Source: Chthoniobacteraceae bacterium
Lineage (GTDB): Bacteria > Verrucomicrobiota > Verrucomicrobiia > Chthoniobacterales > Chthoniobacteraceae
NCBI GenBank assembly: GCA_039922035.1
Contig: JBDSAR010000699.1
Coordinates: forward strand, 1,068-17,067
Direction of reading: 5' to 3'
Length of the DNA stretch: 16,000 nt
Shown here piece after piece: positions 15,134-16,000 of this stretch; within the stretch, counting starts at the first letter, position 1; every line of letters starts with the position of its first letter. A program made the position numbers and the translations under genes. The notes below the pieces were generated by a model. It saw only the letters and a program-made list of their open reading frames with translations. It searched no databases and had not been told where the DNA came from.

Positions 15134-16000
15134 ATGGCCACGATCCACGAAAACGAACTTACTGACGCGCAGCGTGCGCTCTTTCAAAAGGCGAGACACG
15201 CCAACGAAATCCGCAATCACGGATATGCCATCCAGCTCATGCAGTCCGTGCTGAAGCAGGTGCCCGGCTTCCTCGATGGTCGCAAGCTGCTCCGCGCGGC
15301 GGCGCTCGCGAGCGTGGAGGGAAAAAAATCCGGCTTCTCGCTCGCCGGGACCACGCTCGGCATGACCGCCGGATCGACTTTGAAAAAGGATCCGCTCGCC
15401 GCGATGGAACTCGCGGAGAAGACGCTCGGCAGTGACCCCAAAAGCTTGCAGGGCAACCAGCTCCTGTGGGAGGCCGCGAACAAGGCCAACCTGCCCGAGA
15501 CCGCGGCCTTCGCGATCGAGACCCTCGTCGGTGCAAATCCCAAGGACACGAAACTGCTGCACCAGCTCGGGAGCCAGTACATCCAGATGGGTGAAAACGA
15601 CAAGGCGGTCGCCGTCTATAACCGCATCGTGCAGATCAACCCTGCCGATCTGGAAGCGAACAAAAAGGCCAAGGACGCCTCGGCCTCCGCGACGATGAAA
15701 TCCGGGCGCTGGGAGGAAGTCTCGGCGAGCAGCGGCTCCATGAGTTTCCGCGACCTCATCCACAAAAAGGACGAGGCCGTCGCGCTCGAAAACAAATCGC
15801 GCATCGTCCGCACCGGCGAGCAGATCGCGCAGCAGATCAGCGAGCTTTACCCGCAGTTTGAGGAAAACCAGAACAACGTGGATGTCGCACGCCGCATTGC
15901 GCTGCTGTATGAGCAGTGGTTCGAGGCCGCGGTCGCCAGCTCCGAGCCCGCGGAGCAGTCGGACGGATACCTCGAAAGCGCCATCTGGTTTTACACCCAC
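15134..16000 (+). CDS. TPR-repeat protein, 5' partial (continues beyond the window end)
   Basis: Not in the supplied track. My manual translation from the ATG at 15134 (in-frame TGA at 15110) is open for all 289 codons to position 16000: MATIHENELTDAQRALFQKARHANEIRNHGYAIQLMQSVLKQVPGFLDGRKLLRAAALAS...LGSQYIQMGENDKAVAVYNRIVQINPADLEANKKAKDA.... Composition is protein-like (K/E/Q/A-rich, TPR motifs) with GC3-rich codons. The opposite-strand 359-aa track ORF is R/G/L/V-rich and looks like a shadow. Confidence 0.8.
   Translation, partial: MATIHENELTDAQRALFQKARHANEIRNHGYAIQLMQSVLKQVPGFLDGRKLLRAAALASVEGKKSGFSLAGTTLGMTAGSTLKKDPLAAMELAEKTLGSDPKSLQGNQLLWEAANKANLPETAAFAIETLVGANPKDTKLLHQLGSQYIQMGENDKAVAVYNRIVQINPADLEANKKAKDASASATMKSGRWEEVSASSGSMSFRDLIHKKDEAVALENKSRIVRTGEQIAQQISELYPQFEENQNNVDVARRIALLYEQWFEAAVASSEPAEQSDGYLESAIWFYTH

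Noticed and set aside
14921-16000. 359-aa minus-strand ORF at the right edge
   Set aside because: The opposite strand encodes a well-formed TPR protein in a frame open to the window end. The minus-strand product is R/G/L/V/D-rich with no motifs.
1-16000. Mobile elements, CRISPR arrays, tRNA/rRNA genes, toxin-antitoxin or defence-island signatures
   Set aside because: I found no direct-repeat/spacer periodicity, no terminal inverted repeats flanking a transposase or integrase-like ORF, no cloverleaf-capable conserved tRNA motifs, and no nuclease, ATPase or methylase defence-type proteins.

Overview
GC-rich bacterial chromosomal window with dense coding and no rRNA, tRNA, CRISPR array, transposase or integrase that I can see. 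Gene content and protein style suggest a Verrucomicrobiota or Planctomycetota-like organism; this is inference only. I support 16 coding regions. Plus strand, left: an ExbB/TolQ-family proton channel, an ExbD/TolR-family protein, and a translationally coupled 878-aa protein with a proline-rich segment followed by TPR repeats. An AT-rich promoter-like island and a small VOC/glyoxalase-like gene follow. Minus strand, centre: a tightly spaced run of small helical hypothetical protein, TatD-family hydrolase, class B PBP (PBP2-like) and FdhD. Further right on the minus strand: a periplasmic cytochrome b562 homolog, then an operon of O-antigen-ligase(Wzy_C)-TPR fusion, NodU/CmcH-type carbamoyltransferase, SxtJ-like membrane protein and SxtK/DUF5989-like mini-protein. 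Right end, visibly less GC-rich: a secreted FecR-like/Gly-rich protein (minus), a 303-bp divergent intergenic region holding a long imperfect hairpin, a candidate 58-aa membrane protein, and a TPR protein that runs off the window. That last ORF is absent from the supplied track because it has no stop codon in the window. Many long track ORFs are antisense or alternate-frame shadows typical of high-GC DNA, and several track ORFs have over-extended N-termini, some starting at TTG or GTG. I corrected these to internal ATGs that sit just before signal peptides or conserved N-termini. I see no clear-cut novel defence or mobile system. The most interesting under-characterised modules are the Wzy_C-TPR/carbamoyltransferase/SxtJ/SxtK operon and the ExbB-ExbD-(Pro-rich+TPR) triad, which has no TonB or TolA C-terminal domain in view.
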